In this document: positions 47,702 through 57,415 of the stretch, piece after piece
Numbering within the stretch: the first letter of the stretch is position 1
Layout of the letters: the number at the start of each line of letters is the position of its first letter
NCBI GenBank assembly: GCA_964508705.1
Contig: CAZDUS010000001.1
Coordinates: forward strand, 146,407 to 210,406
DNA from: an uncultured Verrucomicrobiota bacterium
GTDB lineage: Bacteria > Verrucomicrobiota > Kiritimatiellia > CAIKKV01 > CAITUY01
DNA length: 64,000 nucleotides
Direction: 5' to 3'
Position numbers and translations under genes: made by a program
The notes under the pieces: model-generated
What the model was told of the DNA's origin: nothing
Database searches by the model: none
What the model saw: only the letters and a program-made list of their open reading frames with translations

Positions 47702-49066
47702 TCAACTTTTCTTCTCCAGTGTTCTCATCAAGTGGGAAACATCCTGTCGAAGCGAGGAATCGATCTCCATTTTCTGTTGCACCTGGCGGCAGGCATGGAG
47801 AATTGTGGCGTGGGTTTTACCAAACGCGCTGCCGATTTCCGGCAGGGAGGAAGGGGTCAGTGACCGGCAGAGATACATCGCCACCTGACGCGGCATGGTA
47901 ATGGCGGCCTGGCGGCGCTTGCTGGTCATGTCGACGATCCGGAGGTCGTAGTGATCGGCCACGGTCTTCATGATTTGCTCGAAGGTCAGGGATTCCTGCT
48001 TTTCCTGGTCAATCACATCGCGCAGGAGGTTTTCGGCATCTGTGACCGTCACCGCTCGGTTGCAGAGGGATGCGTAGGACGTGATACGGATCAAGGCCCC
48101 TTCCAGACGGCGGATGTTGGACCGGATGGACTTGGCCAGGAAGAAGAGCACATCATCGGGAAGGATCAATCCGCCCTGAAGTTGCTTGTTCTTGAGAATG
48201 GCCATGCGGGTTTCGAGATCCGGCTGTTGCAATTCAGTGACCAGTCCCCACTCGAAGCGCGACACCAGGCGTTGCTCCAGCCCCTGAATTTCGCTGGCCG
48301 GCCTGTCGCTGGTCATCACGATCTGCTTGTGGGCATCGAACAGGGCGTTGAAGGTATGGAAGAATTCCTCCTGCATACGCTCCTTGCCGGCAAGAAAGTG
48401 AATGTCGTCAATCAGTAGCAAATCCACATGACGGAACTTCCGGCGGAATTGGACGAGGGAGTTGTGTTGCAATCCCTCAATGAACTCATTGACGAAGGAT
48501 TCGGAGGACAGATAGGAGACCCGCGCATTGGAATTGCGCAGGACGTGGTGGCCGATGGCTTGCATCAGGTGGGTCTTGCCGAGCCCTGTTCCGCCGTAAA
48601 TGAAGAGCGGGTTATAAGCGCGACCCGGTGATTGGGCGACGGCCAGCGCGGCCGCCTGTGACATGTTGTTGGATGATCCCACAATGAACGCGTCGAATGT
48701 GCATTTGGGATTCAGCACGGCATCCGCGGGATTGCGACGCGTTGCTGTGCGTGCGCCGGACTTGGTGTTTTTTTCCGGAGCCGCTGACACGGGTTCCTGC
48801 GCGGGTTTTGTCGCGCGCTCAATCTGGAATACAATCTTTAATGTTTCGCCGCAGACGGAAGCGACGGCGGCTTGAATCAAGGGTAGATAATTTTCCTCGA
48901 GCCAGGTTTGGTAGAAATTATTATCCACGGCCAGAGTCAACGTATTGTTCGCGAGTTGCTTCGGTTCAATCACGTCAATCCAGCGCGAGTACACATCCGG
49001 GTGCAATAATTTCTGGAGGTGCGAGCACGCGGATCGCCACACAGTCGTCACATTATTTTCGCTCAC
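47702..49066 (-). CDS. dnaA: chromosomal replication initiator protein DnaA
   Basis: Walker A GGTGLGKTHL, AAA+ core and C-terminal DnaA-box-binding HTH. GTG at 49066 preceded by GGAG with 6-nt spacing. The 25 extra N-terminal codons in the track ORF (to 49141) are hydrophobic AT-rich read-through and unlikely to be coding. Confidence 0.9.
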   Translation of the reverse strand: MSENNVTTVWRSACSHLQKLLHPDVYSRWIDVIEPKQLANNTLTLAVDNNFYQTWLEENYLPLIQAAVASVCGETLKIVFQIERATKPAQEPVSAAPEKNTKSGARTATRRNPADAVLNPKCTFDAFIVGSSNNMSQAAALAVAQSPGRAYNPLFIYGGTGLGKTHLMQAIGHHVLRNSNARVSYLSSESFVNEFIEGLQHNSLVQFRRKFRHVDLLLIDDIHFLAGKERMQEEFFHTFNALFDAHKQIVMTSDRPASEIQGLEQRLVSRFEWGLVTELQQPDLETRMAILKNKQLQGGLILPDDVLFFLAKSIRSNIRRLEGALIRITSYASLCNRAVTVTDAENLLRDVIDQEKQESLTFEQIMKTVADHYDLRIVDMTSKRRQAAITMPRQVAMYLCRSLTPSSLPEIGSAFGKTHATILHACRQVQQKMEIDSSLRQDVSHLMRTLEKKS

Positions 49067-49141
49067 AAAAAACTCCAAAATAAAGAGCGCAGAGAAGCTC
49101 TCACGCGCGTTAAAACACACATTTACCATTCCCGCCACCAC

Positions 49142-49460
49142 AGCGGACGGGACCCTTGTAAAACACTTGCCGGAGCCTTAGTTATTGCGACTTATCAACA
49201 GGTTATTAACATGCTGACAGCCTTCTAATGTTGTGCCCGACAGGGCAGGACAATATGGAAGGGACCCCATACTGACAAGGCTAAACCGAGTGTTTATTTG
49301 ATTTTTTTTTAACCCACGAGCTGTAGTGTTTTTTATGAAAAAACACACAACATGTGGTATGGTCGAACTGTTTTGTTACATTCGTGTTAGTGGATTACGG
49401 AGCGAGGGAATGAGGTGCGGGACGGGGAATGGGGTCTGGATGAAGGCGTAACTCGTTTGA
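49142..49460. other. candidate oriC upstream of dnaA
   Basis: AT-rich unwinding-element-like tracts (tttatttgatttttttttaacc; GTGTTTTTT-atg-AAAAAACAC hairpin). DnaA-box-like 9-mers TTATCAACA, TTATTAACA, TAGTGGATTA. Confidence 0.5.
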
Positions 49461-49466
49461 TTGGAG

Positions 49467-50606
49467 ATGCATGTGAAAGCAAAGAAATTAACAAGCGTTC
49501 GGTTGATGGTGGGATCACCCAATGTTTATGCGGATATTCTGCGGGTCACACGCTTCAAATCCTCGGATTCCGTTGTGTGTTTGATGGACGGGAAAAGGCA
49601 TTACCTGATGGTGCCGCCCATGGAAATTGGTCGCGCGCGAGCGGGAAATCCAAGACTGATTTGCAAGACGCCTGATGATTTCAAGCTTGCAGGAAAAGCG
49701 CGTCGCAGGCTTGTGGAATGGGCTTACGCGCTTGTGAAGCATGTGGGCGCGCGGAGTGTGATGGTGCTTGGTGTGTTTCCTGTTGGCATCGCGCGCGGGT
49801 TGGAAAAAAAAGGAATCAGGATTCATGTGGCGAAGTCGTCGTTTGTTCCAGAGAGGGAAATCAAAACGACTGCGGAGATTGAACGGATCCGCCTTGTGCA
49901 ACGCGCCACGGTGAAGGCGATGACTCATGCCTTCGCGTTGATTGAGAAGGCGAGCGTTGACGGGCGCGGGCAGTTGCGTGATGGCGCGAAACTGCTTACA
50001 TCCGAGGAATTGCGGCGGCGGATCAATCGATTCCTGCTGGACTTCGATTGCATCGGCGGGGAGCCGATTGTTGCTTGCGGACCGCAATCAAGCGGGCCGC
50101 ATAATATCGGAGAGGGGCCCCTGATGGCTGGACAGCCGATCGTGTTGGATATTTTCCCGCGCCATCAGCAGTCAGGCTATTGGGGTGATTTGACGAGAAC
50201 GGTGGCCAAGGGTTTTGCCCCGCCTGAACTGGTGCGTATGCACCGCGCGGTGAAACGGGTTCAGGAAGAAGCGTTGAGTCAGATTCGCGCGGGTGTCTGC
50301 GGAGCGGAGGTTCACGCGCAGGTGGTGAAATCGTTTGCGTGTCTTGGATTCCCAAATCGCGTGGGCGAGGATGGGATTCCGGAAGGCTTTATTCATGGGA
50401 CGGGACACGGTGTGGGGCTGGATATTCACGAGGCGCCTGCACTGTCAACCGGCGGGGCGCGTCTGCGGGTTGGGAATGTGGTGACTGTTGAGCCGGGATT
50501 GTATTACAAGGCGATCGGCGGGGTGCGAATTGAGGATACCGTGGTGGTGACCCGGGCGGGATATGATATGTTAGCGACCTGTTCCAAGGGTTTGATTATT
50601 TCGTGA
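49467..50606 (+). CDS. M24-family metallopeptidase (Xaa-Pro aminopeptidase/creatinase-like)
   Basis: Pita-bread fold motifs (…VLDIFPRHQQSGYWGDLTRT…, HGTGHGVGLDIHE, VEPGLY). Start at 49467 or GTG 49473. Confidence 0.85.
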   Translation: MHVKAKKLTSVRLMVGSPNVYADILRVTRFKSSDSVVCLMDGKRHYLMVPPMEIGRARAGNPRLICKTPDDFKLAGKARRRLVEWAYALVKHVGARSVMVLGVFPVGIARGLEKKGIRIHVAKSSFVPEREIKTTAEIERIRLVQRATVKAMTHAFALIEKASVDGRGQLRDGAKLLTSEELRRRINRFLLDFDCIGGEPIVACGPQSSGPHNIGEGPLMAGQPIVLDIFPRHQQSGYWGDLTRTVAKGFAPPELVRMHRAVKRVQEEALSQIRAGVCGAEVHAQVVKSFACLGFPNRVGEDGIPEGFIHGTGHGVGLDIHEAPALSTGGARLRVGNVVTVEPGLYYKAIGGVRIEDTVVVTRAGYDMLATCSKGLIIS

Positions 50607-50660
50607 CATACAATTTTTCCGAGGTCTATATCGTTATGCAGTATAGAAGTGCAAAATGAA

Positions 50661-51296
50661 AGGAGCGCGATGATGAATATGAAATTGATGTGTTTGATGG
50701 TGGCGAGTTGTGCGGTGGTGATGACGGCGGGGGCTCAACAAGAAGGAGCTCCGAAGGAAGGGGCCCCAAAAGTCGCGCCTCCGAGGCCTCGTGAACATGG
50801 CCGTTCCATGATGATTGAGGGACGTGATGGCGGCGACGCCATGCTGATGCGCGCCCTGAGTCCGGAGTCGCCCATGGCCAAGAAACTGGAATTGTCCAAG
50901 GAACAGATTGAAGCGCTTAAGAAAGCGTTGATGATTTCTTCCGAGGAATTGAAAGCGGTCCAAGGCAAGATGGAGGTGGCCGGCCGGAAGCAGGCGGAAA
51001 TGATGAGCGAGAGCACCCTGAATGAAGTGGCGATATTGAAGGGGGTGGAGGAGATCGGGGCTCTGCGTACCGAGGTTGCCAAGATTACGACCAAGAGAAT
51101 CCTGGCGGCTCATAATGTTCTGACGGTTGAGCAACGGGAGAAGTTGCGCGACATGATGAAGGCGCGCATGTCGGAAATGAGGGCGCCAAGGAAAGAAATG
51201 AAAGCGTCCGGTGATGCGGGAGAGAAGAAGCCTTTGCCTCCGGAGGCTCCGGTCCCTGCCCCTACCCCTGCTCCTGCCCCGGCTGCGGCGAATTGA
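50661..51296 (+). CDS. periplasmic Spy/CpxP-family (LTxxQ) protein with Pro/Ala-rich tail
   Basis: Signal peptide MMNMKLMCLMVASCAVVMTAGA. Two LTxxQ-like motifs (LSKEQIEAL, LTVEQREKL). AAAGGAG RBS. Confidence 0.65.
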   Translation, partial: RSAMMNMKLMCLMVASCAVVMTAGAQQEGAPKEGAPKVAPPRPREHGRSMMIEGRDGGDAMLMRALSPESPMAKKLELSKEQIEALKKALMISSEELKAVQGKMEVAGRKQAEMMSESTLNEVAILKGVEEIGALRTEVAKITTKRILAAHNVLTVEQREKLRDMMKARMSEMRAPRKEMKASGDAGEKKPLPPEAPVPAPTPAPAPAAAN

Positions 51297-51321
51297 GCGC
51301 GATAATGGCATGATGCATACA

Positions 51322-51350
51322 GGGCGGTGTAACAGCCGCCCTTTTGCTTT
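51322..51350 (+). terminator. Rho-independent terminator
   Basis: GGGCGG-tgtaacag-CCGCCC followed by TTTTGCTTT, 25 nt after the Spy-like stop. Confidence 0.7.
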
Positions 51351-51398
51351 CGGAGACGTTGCAACTCCATTTCGGGCCGTGTACAGTTTCAGGCAGTC

Positions 51399-52313
51399 AT
51401 GAGCCTGAAGGAATCCATTAAACAACTGGCGGCGGACGTGGGCTATGTGGCCTGCGGCATCACCGGTGTGGAGCCATTCGGGCAGTACCGGGATGCGCTC
51501 CGGACGTTGGAACAGAAATATCCTGATGCTGCGGCATTGTATGGTGAGATGGAGAAGCGGATTGATCCGCGGTCATCAAGACCCTGGGCTGGATCCATCG
51601 TGGTGGCCATCCGGCGTTATGGCCGCTATAAGCTTCCGGACGGTCTTGCGCGCAACATAGGACGTAACTATCTGTGCGACCGGCGTATTCCGGCTTGTCC
51701 CGACACGGTGATGCCCAAACGGATGAAGGAAGGGTTGAAGGCGTTGGGATTGCGAGTCAAGACAGGCGGGGCCCCTGCCCGCTCGGCGGCGATCCGGTCA
51801 GGTGTGGCGCAACCGGCCCGGAACGGATTCGTGTACCGCGAGGGTTGTGGGTCGTGGATCAACGTGGAAACATGGATGATCGATGCGGTGGTTGAACCGG
51901 ATTCGCCCGCCGGACCGGCTCCCTGTCCGGACGGCTGTACCGCCTGCATGAAGGCTTGTCCCACCGGCGCGTTGGTTGAGCCGGGCCGTGTTCGAATGGA
52001 ACATTGCGTGGCGTATCTGACGTATGGCGCCCCCTGGCCTGTCGCTCCGGAACTTTGGCGGAAAATTGGCCCCTGGATTTACGGATGTGATGCCTGCCAG
52101 AACGCCTGTCCATTGAATAAGGGTTGCTGGGAGGCGAAAGAGCCAACCCCATGGCTTGATGCCGTTGCGGATCGGTTGACCCCGAAGGCGCTGGCCACCA
52201 TGGACGAGGCGACCTATCATGAGGTGGTGCATCCGTTGTTCTGGTACATCGAGGAAACCGATCTGGCGCGTTGGCATGCGAACGCGAAGAGGGCGATGGA
52301 AATGGGTGAATAA
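51399..52313 (+). CDS. QueG-like 4Fe-4S protein (putative epoxyqueuosine reductase family)
   Basis: Two ferredoxin-type clusters CPDGCTACMKACP and CDACQNACP. DUF1730/QueG-like N-terminal region. Confidence 0.6.
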   Translation: MSLKESIKQLAADVGYVACGITGVEPFGQYRDALRTLEQKYPDAAALYGEMEKRIDPRSSRPWAGSIVVAIRRYGRYKLPDGLARNIGRNYLCDRRIPACPDTVMPKRMKEGLKALGLRVKTGGAPARSAAIRSGVAQPARNGFVYREGCGSWINVETWMIDAVVEPDSPAGPAPCPDGCTACMKACPTGALVEPGRVRMEHCVAYLTYGAPWPVAPELWRKIGPWIYGCDACQNACPLNKGCWEAKEPTPWLDAVADRLTPKALATMDEATYHEVVHPLFWYIEETDLARWHANAKRAMEMGE

Positions 52314-52379
52314 TTTCGAGGTGTTTCGCAGGAGCGCAAGGCTGTTTGTCTGTTAGGCTGTAAGGTAAAGTCTGGAATC

Positions 52380-54107
52380 ATGAAACCTGAAAATCGTACG
52401 ATGACGGAATGCAAGTGGTGGCAAAAAGCGGTGTTCTACCAGATTTATCCGCGTAGCTTCGCCGATGGAAATGGGGATGGGATTGGTGATTTCATCGGCA
52501 TGGCGGATAAACTGGACTATCTCAAAGACCTGGGCATCGACGCGATATGGCTGTCTCCTCATTTTCCCTCTCCGCAATTTGATGTGGGCTATGACATTTC
52601 GGATTACTTTAGTGTGGCCCCGGAATATGGGACGATGGACGATTTCAAACGCTTTCTCGACGGCGCGCATAAGCGTGGCCTGCGGGTTATTCTTGATCTT
52701 GTTTTGAATCACACCTCGCACCTGCACCCATGGTTCATCGAATCGCGGTCCAGCCGCAACCATCCCAAACGCGACTGGTATATTTGGCGCGACGGGAAGG
52801 ACGGCGGGCCGCCGAATAACTGGCTTGCGCCGTTCGGGGGGTCCGCCTGGGAATATGACGAGAAGACGGCGCAGTATTACTATCACTACTTTCTCAAGGA
52901 GCAACCTGATCTCAACTGGCGTAACCCCGAGGTGAAACAAGCCATGTGGGATGCAGTCCGGTTCTGGTTGGATTTGGGTGTGGATGGCTACCGGCTGGAT
53001 GCGATTGACACAATTTTCGAAAACCCCGATATGCCGGATCATCACGGCGTTTTGACCGATGCTCTGCGCCGCTCGCTGAAGCATGGGTTTCCGGACGGTG
53101 CGGACCCGAATGCGGCGATTGAATGGGAGAAGATCTATCACAACCAGCATGAGCAACCCGGGGTGCATGAACTCATGCAGGAACTGCGACAGCTGATCAA
53201 CAACTATGAGGATCGTGTCCTGGTCGGCGAGAATAGTGATGTGCGCTATTACGGGAAGGGTGATAACGAGCTCAATATGGTTTTCAATTTCCCGCTGATG
53301 AAAACAAAAAGGCTGACTCCAGCCTGGGTGCGAACCAACCAGAGCAAGCGACTCTCCCTGTTGCCTCCGGGAGCCTGGCCATGCAACACGCTGAACAATC
53401 ATGATACGTCACGGGTCTTCAGCCGTTACGGAGACGGGCGGCACGACGACGCCATCGCCCGCACGTCGCTGGCGCTCATGCTGACGTTGCGGGGCACGCC
53501 GTTTCTTTACAATGGCGAGGAAATCGGAATGTCGGACTATCATCTCAAGGACATCGGCCTTTTTCGCGATCCCCCGGCGATTTGGTATTATGATCAGGAA
53601 ATCGCAGAGGGGACGTCGCCAGAGGAAGCATTGGCCTGTGCCGCGCGGGAGAGCCGCGATCAGTGTCGCACGCCGTTCCATTGGCGGAACGCGTCGAATG
53701 CCGGGTTCAGTCCCGCCGGTGTCCGTACATGGCTTCCGCTTAATCCGAATTATGCCGAGGGCGTTAATGTTGAGGACGAGAAAGGGGACCACGATTCCCT
53801 GCTGAACTATTACAGGAAACTATTGCGACTCCGTAAACAGACGCCGGCATTGATTCACGGCGACTATCACCCCCTGCAGGAATCGGAGCAGGACTGCTTG
53901 GCTTATTTTCGCCAAAGCCAAAAGCCAGAGCAAACTTGCTTGGTTGTTCTGAATCTTTCCGGCGAGACCCAGACGGTCAATTTCGAGCCAGCGGTGAACG
54001 GCGGTCGCTGTTTGCTATCGACCCATCGGGCTATAAGTGAAGAGGTTGATTTCAAGGGACTCAAAATGTCACCATTTGAAGTATTCATTGCCGAAGTCAC
54101 AACGTAA
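52380..54107 (+). CDS. GH13 alpha-glucosidase / oligo-1,6-glucosidase family
   Basis: WWQKAVFYQIYPRSFAD…GDGIGDF…LGIDAIWLSP…DLVLNHTS…GVDGYRLDAI…, the canonical GH13 regions. Confidence 0.9.
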   Translation: MKPENRTMTECKWWQKAVFYQIYPRSFADGNGDGIGDFIGMADKLDYLKDLGIDAIWLSPHFPSPQFDVGYDISDYFSVAPEYGTMDDFKRFLDGAHKRGLRVILDLVLNHTSHLHPWFIESRSSRNHPKRDWYIWRDGKDGGPPNNWLAPFGGSAWEYDEKTAQYYYHYFLKEQPDLNWRNPEVKQAMWDAVRFWLDLGVDGYRLDAIDTIFENPDMPDHHGVLTDALRRSLKHGFPDGADPNAAIEWEKIYHNQHEQPGVHELMQELRQLINNYEDRVLVGENSDVRYYGKGDNELNMVFNFPLMKTKRLTPAWVRTNQSKRLSLLPPGAWPCNTLNNHDTSRVFSRYGDGRHDDAIARTSLALMLTLRGTPFLYNGEEIGMSDYHLKDIGLFRDPPAIWYYDQEIAEGTSPEEALACAARESRDQCRTPFHWRNASNAGFSPAGVRTWLPLNPNYAEGVNVEDEKGDHDSLLNYYRKLLRLRKQTPALIHGDYHPLQESEQDCLAYFRQSQKPEQTCLVVLNLSGETQTVNFEPAVNGGRCLLSTHRAISEEVDFKGLKMSPFEVFIAEVTT

Positions 54108-54111
54108 ACCA

Positions 54112-56367
54112 ATGGCTATTGATCCCATATGTGGAATGACGGTGGATGAGGCCGCAGGGCTGTCCGTGGAGAAGGACGGACAGACCCACTATTTTTGCGG
54201 TGAGTATTGTCGCCGCAAATTCCTCGGCTTGCCGCCGGTATCGGAGGGGGCCCCACCCTCGACGGCTTACTTCTGCCCGATGTGTCCCGGCGTGGAAAGT
54301 GACAAGCCCGGAGTTTGCCCCTCTTGTGGGATGGCCTTGGAACACAATGTCCTTGCGGGCGTGGAGGAGGACGACGGTGAATGGCGGGACATGGTGCGCC
54401 GATTCCGGGTCGGGTTGGTTTTTGGCGTGCCGGTGTTCCTGCTGTCGATGACGCCGATGGTGTTTCCCGCTGTTCATCACTGGGTCCCCTATCAAGTTAG
54501 TCGTTGGCTTGAGTGGGCGTTGTCGACGCCGGTGGTGCTTTGGTGCGGATGGCCGTTTTTGCAGCGGGCATGGACGTCGTTACGGACGCGGCAGTGGAAT
54601 ATGTTCACCCTGATTTCGATGGGAACGTCTGTTGCCTACGTTGCCAGTGTGGCGGCGGTGCTGGCGCCGGGTTGGTTTCCAGCATCTTTCCGACACCACG
54701 GTGCTGTGCCGCTCTATTTTGAGGCGGCGTCCACGATCACGGTTCTTGTGTTGCTTGGGCAGGTGATGGAGCTCCGGGCGCGGCGGAAGACAGGAGACGC
54801 AATCCGCGGACTTTTGAAACTGGCTCCCGAAACGGCCTGTGTGATTCGTGATGGCTCGGAGAGCGATGTGCCTGTGGATCAGGTGCAGGTTGGCGACCGG
54901 ATACGGGTCAGACCGGGGGGGCGTATTCCGGTGGATGGAGTGGTTGTCGAAGGGAGCGGCTCGGTCGATGCCTCCATGCTTACTGGTGAGCCGATGCCAG
55001 TGGAGGTGGAAAGCGGGATTGAGGTGGCGGCGGGGACGATCAATCTCTCGGGATCGTTTTTGATGCGCGCCGAACGAGTGGGTGCGGCGACGTTGTTTGC
55101 GCGGATTGTGAAGATGGTGGCCACGGCACAGAGGAGCCGGGCACCAGTCCAGCGCGTGGCGGACCGGGTGGCGTCAGTGTTTGTTCCCGCGGTGGTAGCG
55201 GCGGCAGGGATAGCGTTTGTAGTATGGCTGGCGGTTGGTCCTGAGCCGCGACTTGCTTATGCCTTGGTGAGCGCCATTTCGGTTTTGATTGTGGCTTGTC
55301 CTTGTGCGCTGGGGTTGGCGACGCCGATGGCAGTGATGGTCGGGATTGGGCGGGGCGCACGGGAGGGAGTGCTGATTCGCGATGCGCGAGCACTGGAAAC
55401 TTTGCGAGGGGTTGATACGGTGGTGGTGGATAAAACAGGGACGTTGACCGAGGGGGCTCCGGCTGTGGTGGGCGTTTATCCGGTGGATGGCGCGGAGACG
55501 GATGAGGTGATTAGGTTGGCGGCGGCGGTGGAGGAATACAGCGAGCATCCGCTGGGTCGTGCCATTGTGCGGAGTGTGAAGGAGCGGACGACTAGGAGAT
55601 CTGTCCCTGCCAAGGCGGAAGGGTTTGAATCTGTGGCGGGTGGTGGGGTGCGGGGGATGGTTGAGGGGAAGCAGGTGTTTGTGGGGCGGCGGGAAAGGGC
55701 GTCGACAAGCGACGCCCCTACGAAATTGGAAGCAACAGGGCAGACAGTGGTGGAAGTGCGGGTTGATGATCGAGAGGTTGGCTTCATTGCTATTGCTGAT
55801 CAGATTCGCACCACGACACCTGAGGCGGTCCGGACTTTGCATGCGATGGGCTTGCGTGTGGTGATGTTGACGGGCGATGCCGAGGTGACGGCGAGGGCTG
55901 TGGCGGGGAGGTTGGGGATTGACGAGGTTTATGCGGGGATGACGCCGGAGACGAAGCGTGAACGGATCAAGGCGTTGCGGGCGGAAGGACGACGGGTGGC
56001 GATGGCGGGGGATGGAATCAATGATGCGCCTGCGTTGGCGGAAGCGGATGTGGGAATGGCGATGGGAACGGGCACGGATGTGGCGATGGAGAGTGCTGAT
56101 GTGGTGCTGGTGAAAGGTGACTTGAGGGCGATTGTCAGGGCGGTGGAGTTGAGCCGGGCGGTGATGCGGAATATCCGGCAGAACCTGTTCTGGGCGTTTG
56201 CTTACAATGTGTTGGGAGTTCCGGTGGCGGCGGGAGTGCTGTACCCGTGGACGGGAATGCTGATGAGTCCGATGCTCGCGGCGGCGGCAATGAGTTTCAG
56301 TTCCGTGACGGTGATAGGCAATGCGTTGAGGTTGCGGCGGGGGGTATTGGAGGGTTCAGGAAGTTGA
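54112..56367 (+). CDS. copA: copper-translocating P1B-type ATPase with N-terminal YHS/TRASH metal-binding domain
   Basis: N-terminal ICGMTVDE…HYFCGEYCRRKF. CPC motif (ACPCALGLATP), DKTGTLT, GDGINDAP. ATG at 54112, 4 nt after the GH13 stop. Confidence 0.95.
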   Translation: MAIDPICGMTVDEAAGLSVEKDGQTHYFCGEYCRRKFLGLPPVSEGAPPSTAYFCPMCPGVESDKPGVCPSCGMALEHNVLAGVEEDDGEWRDMVRRFRVGLVFGVPVFLLSMTPMVFPAVHHWVPYQVSRWLEWALSTPVVLWCGWPFLQRAWTSLRTRQWNMFTLISMGTSVAYVASVAAVLAPGWFPASFRHHGAVPLYFEAASTITVLVLLGQVMELRARRKTGDAIRGLLKLAPETACVIRDGSESDVPVDQVQVGDRIRVRPGGRIPVDGVVVEGSGSVDASMLTGEPMPVEVESGIEVAAGTINLSGSFLMRAERVGAATLFARIVKMVATAQRSRAPVQRVADRVASVFVPAVVAAAGIAFVVWLAVGPEPRLAYALVSAISVLIVACPCALGLATPMAVMVGIGRGAREGVLIRDARALETLRGVDTVVVDKTGTLTEGAPAVVGVYPVDGAETDEVIRLAAAVEEYSEHPLGRAIVRSVKERTTRRSVPAKAEGFESVAGGGVRGMVEGKQVFVGRRERASTSDAPTKLEATGQTVVEVRVDDREVGFIAIADQIRTTTPEAVRTLHAMGLRVVMLTGDAEVTARAVAGRLGIDEVYAGMTPETKRERIKALRAEGRRVAMAGDGINDAPALAEADVGMAMGTGTDVAMESADVVLVKGDLRAIVRAVELSRAVMRNIRQNLFWAFAYNVLGVPVAAGVLYPWTGMLMSPMLAAAAMSFSSVTVIGNALRLRRGVLEGSGS

Positions 56368-56462
56368 ATGGGGTAGTGGGTAGTGTGTACTTGAGTCTCT
56401 ATAAAGAAGACCATAGTCTCATTCACTGGGAAATGTAACGCGTTACATATAGAATTGTTGGC

Positions 56463-56855
56463 TTGATGAATATGAAATCAATGATCAGGAAAATGACCGG
56501 ACTGGCAATGTTAGGTCTGGCGTTCGTGGCAATTGGTTGCGCGAATACGGGAATTACGCACGTCGGTGCCGACGAGTTCATCCGACAGGCCAAGACCATG
56601 GAGTATGCGAACAGCGCATCCGGCACATTTTACCTTGGAGCCAGTCCCACCCGAGTCTATGTGGAGCGAACCGGACTGTACCGGGCTCTACGGCTCCATA
56701 AGGCAATGGTGTACTGGACAGAGTTAGACGGCTTGCCGGAAGAATTGGCTGCGGTGATTCGATCAGGGAAATGCCCATGGACACCGTGGCAAGGCGAAAT
56801 GAGGAAAGCCAACCAAGCGCCTGAGGACATAGCTCGCAAACTCGCAGTGCCTTAG
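56463..56855 (+). CDS. lipoprotein, hypothetical
   Basis: Signal peptide with lipobox VAIGC. Preceded by the 16-bp perfect palindrome ATGTAACGCGTTACAT (56433-56448). Confidence 0.5.
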   Translation: MMNMKSMIRKMTGLAMLGLAFVAIGCANTGITHVGADEFIRQAKTMEYANSASGTFYLGASPTRVYVERTGLYRALRLHKAMVYWTELDGLPEELAAVIRSGKCPWTPWQGEMRKANQAPEDIARKLAVP

Positions 56856-56887
56856 TACTGACGTTGGGCGCCAATAATTGAGATGAT

Positions 56888-57217
56888 ATGAACCGTTGGA
56901 ATATACCGCAATGGCTTGAGATTGAAGTTAAAGTGCGGGATACAGTATGCGTTTATTGTGGCAAGAAAATGGCTGAGCGTATATCACCTGAACGCGGGCG
57001 TAAGGATGTCGCGACTTGGGAGCATATTATCAACGATGCTCGCATCGTTACTCGAGAAAACATAGCCCGATGTTGTGCGGCCTGCAATTCAAGCAAGGGA
57101 ACAAAGGAACTTCTTGCCTGGATGCAGTCGAAGTACTGCACGCAACGTGGCATTAATGCGCAAACGGTGGCAAAAGTTGTGAAAGACGCATTGGGAACAA
57201 CGAACGGTGAGGCATGA
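56888..57217 (+). CDS. small HNH-type nuclease domain protein
   Basis: CVYCG…WEHIIN…N…CCAACNSSKG arrangement (CxxC…H…N…CxxC). Confidence 0.5.
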   Translation: MNRWNIPQWLEIEVKVRDTVCVYCGKKMAERISPERGRKDVATWEHIINDARIVTRENIARCCAACNSSKGTKELLAWMQSKYCTQRGINAQTVAKVVKDALGTTNGEA

Positions 57218-57415
57218 TCATAACATAGGAATATAATCTGTTCAGCGTGATGGGGCCCCATGCAGGCGAGGACAGCGGCGCGATCTTTGCTGATGGAACT
57301 TGATGGTGAGGTGAAGCTGGAATAGGAGTTCGAACATCCGTTTTGAACGCTTCTCCGGTTCCGCTACGCTCCACCGGCGACGTTCAGGCGGGGCTTTGCG
57401 TCGAAAGGAATCACG

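Noticed and set aside
49461-49473. TTG at 49461 as start of the M24 peptidase (track ORF)
   Set aside because: GGAG at 49463-49466 would sit inside the ORF. ATG 49467 or GTG 49473 downstream of that RBS are more plausible starts.
50649-51296. Pro/Ala-rich C-terminus (PLPPEAPVPAPTPAPAPAAAN) of the Spy-like protein as a possible PEP-CTERM exosortase substrate
   Set aside because: No hydrophobic TM segment or basic cluster follows. The protein simply ends, so it is not a tripartite sorting signal.
54146-55842. Long overlapping ORFs on both strands inside copA (for example 55174-55842 minus, 222 aa; 54146-54451 plus)
   Set aside because: Embedded in the well-supported P-type ATPase gene. Arg/Pro/His-rich low-complexity translations.
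57280-57380. Possible tRNA-like element containing GTTCGAAC (T-loop-like) between the HNH gene and the 90-aa ORF
   Set aside because: No acceptor, D, anticodon or T-stem pairing could be built on either strand. Only the short TTCGAAC match is present.
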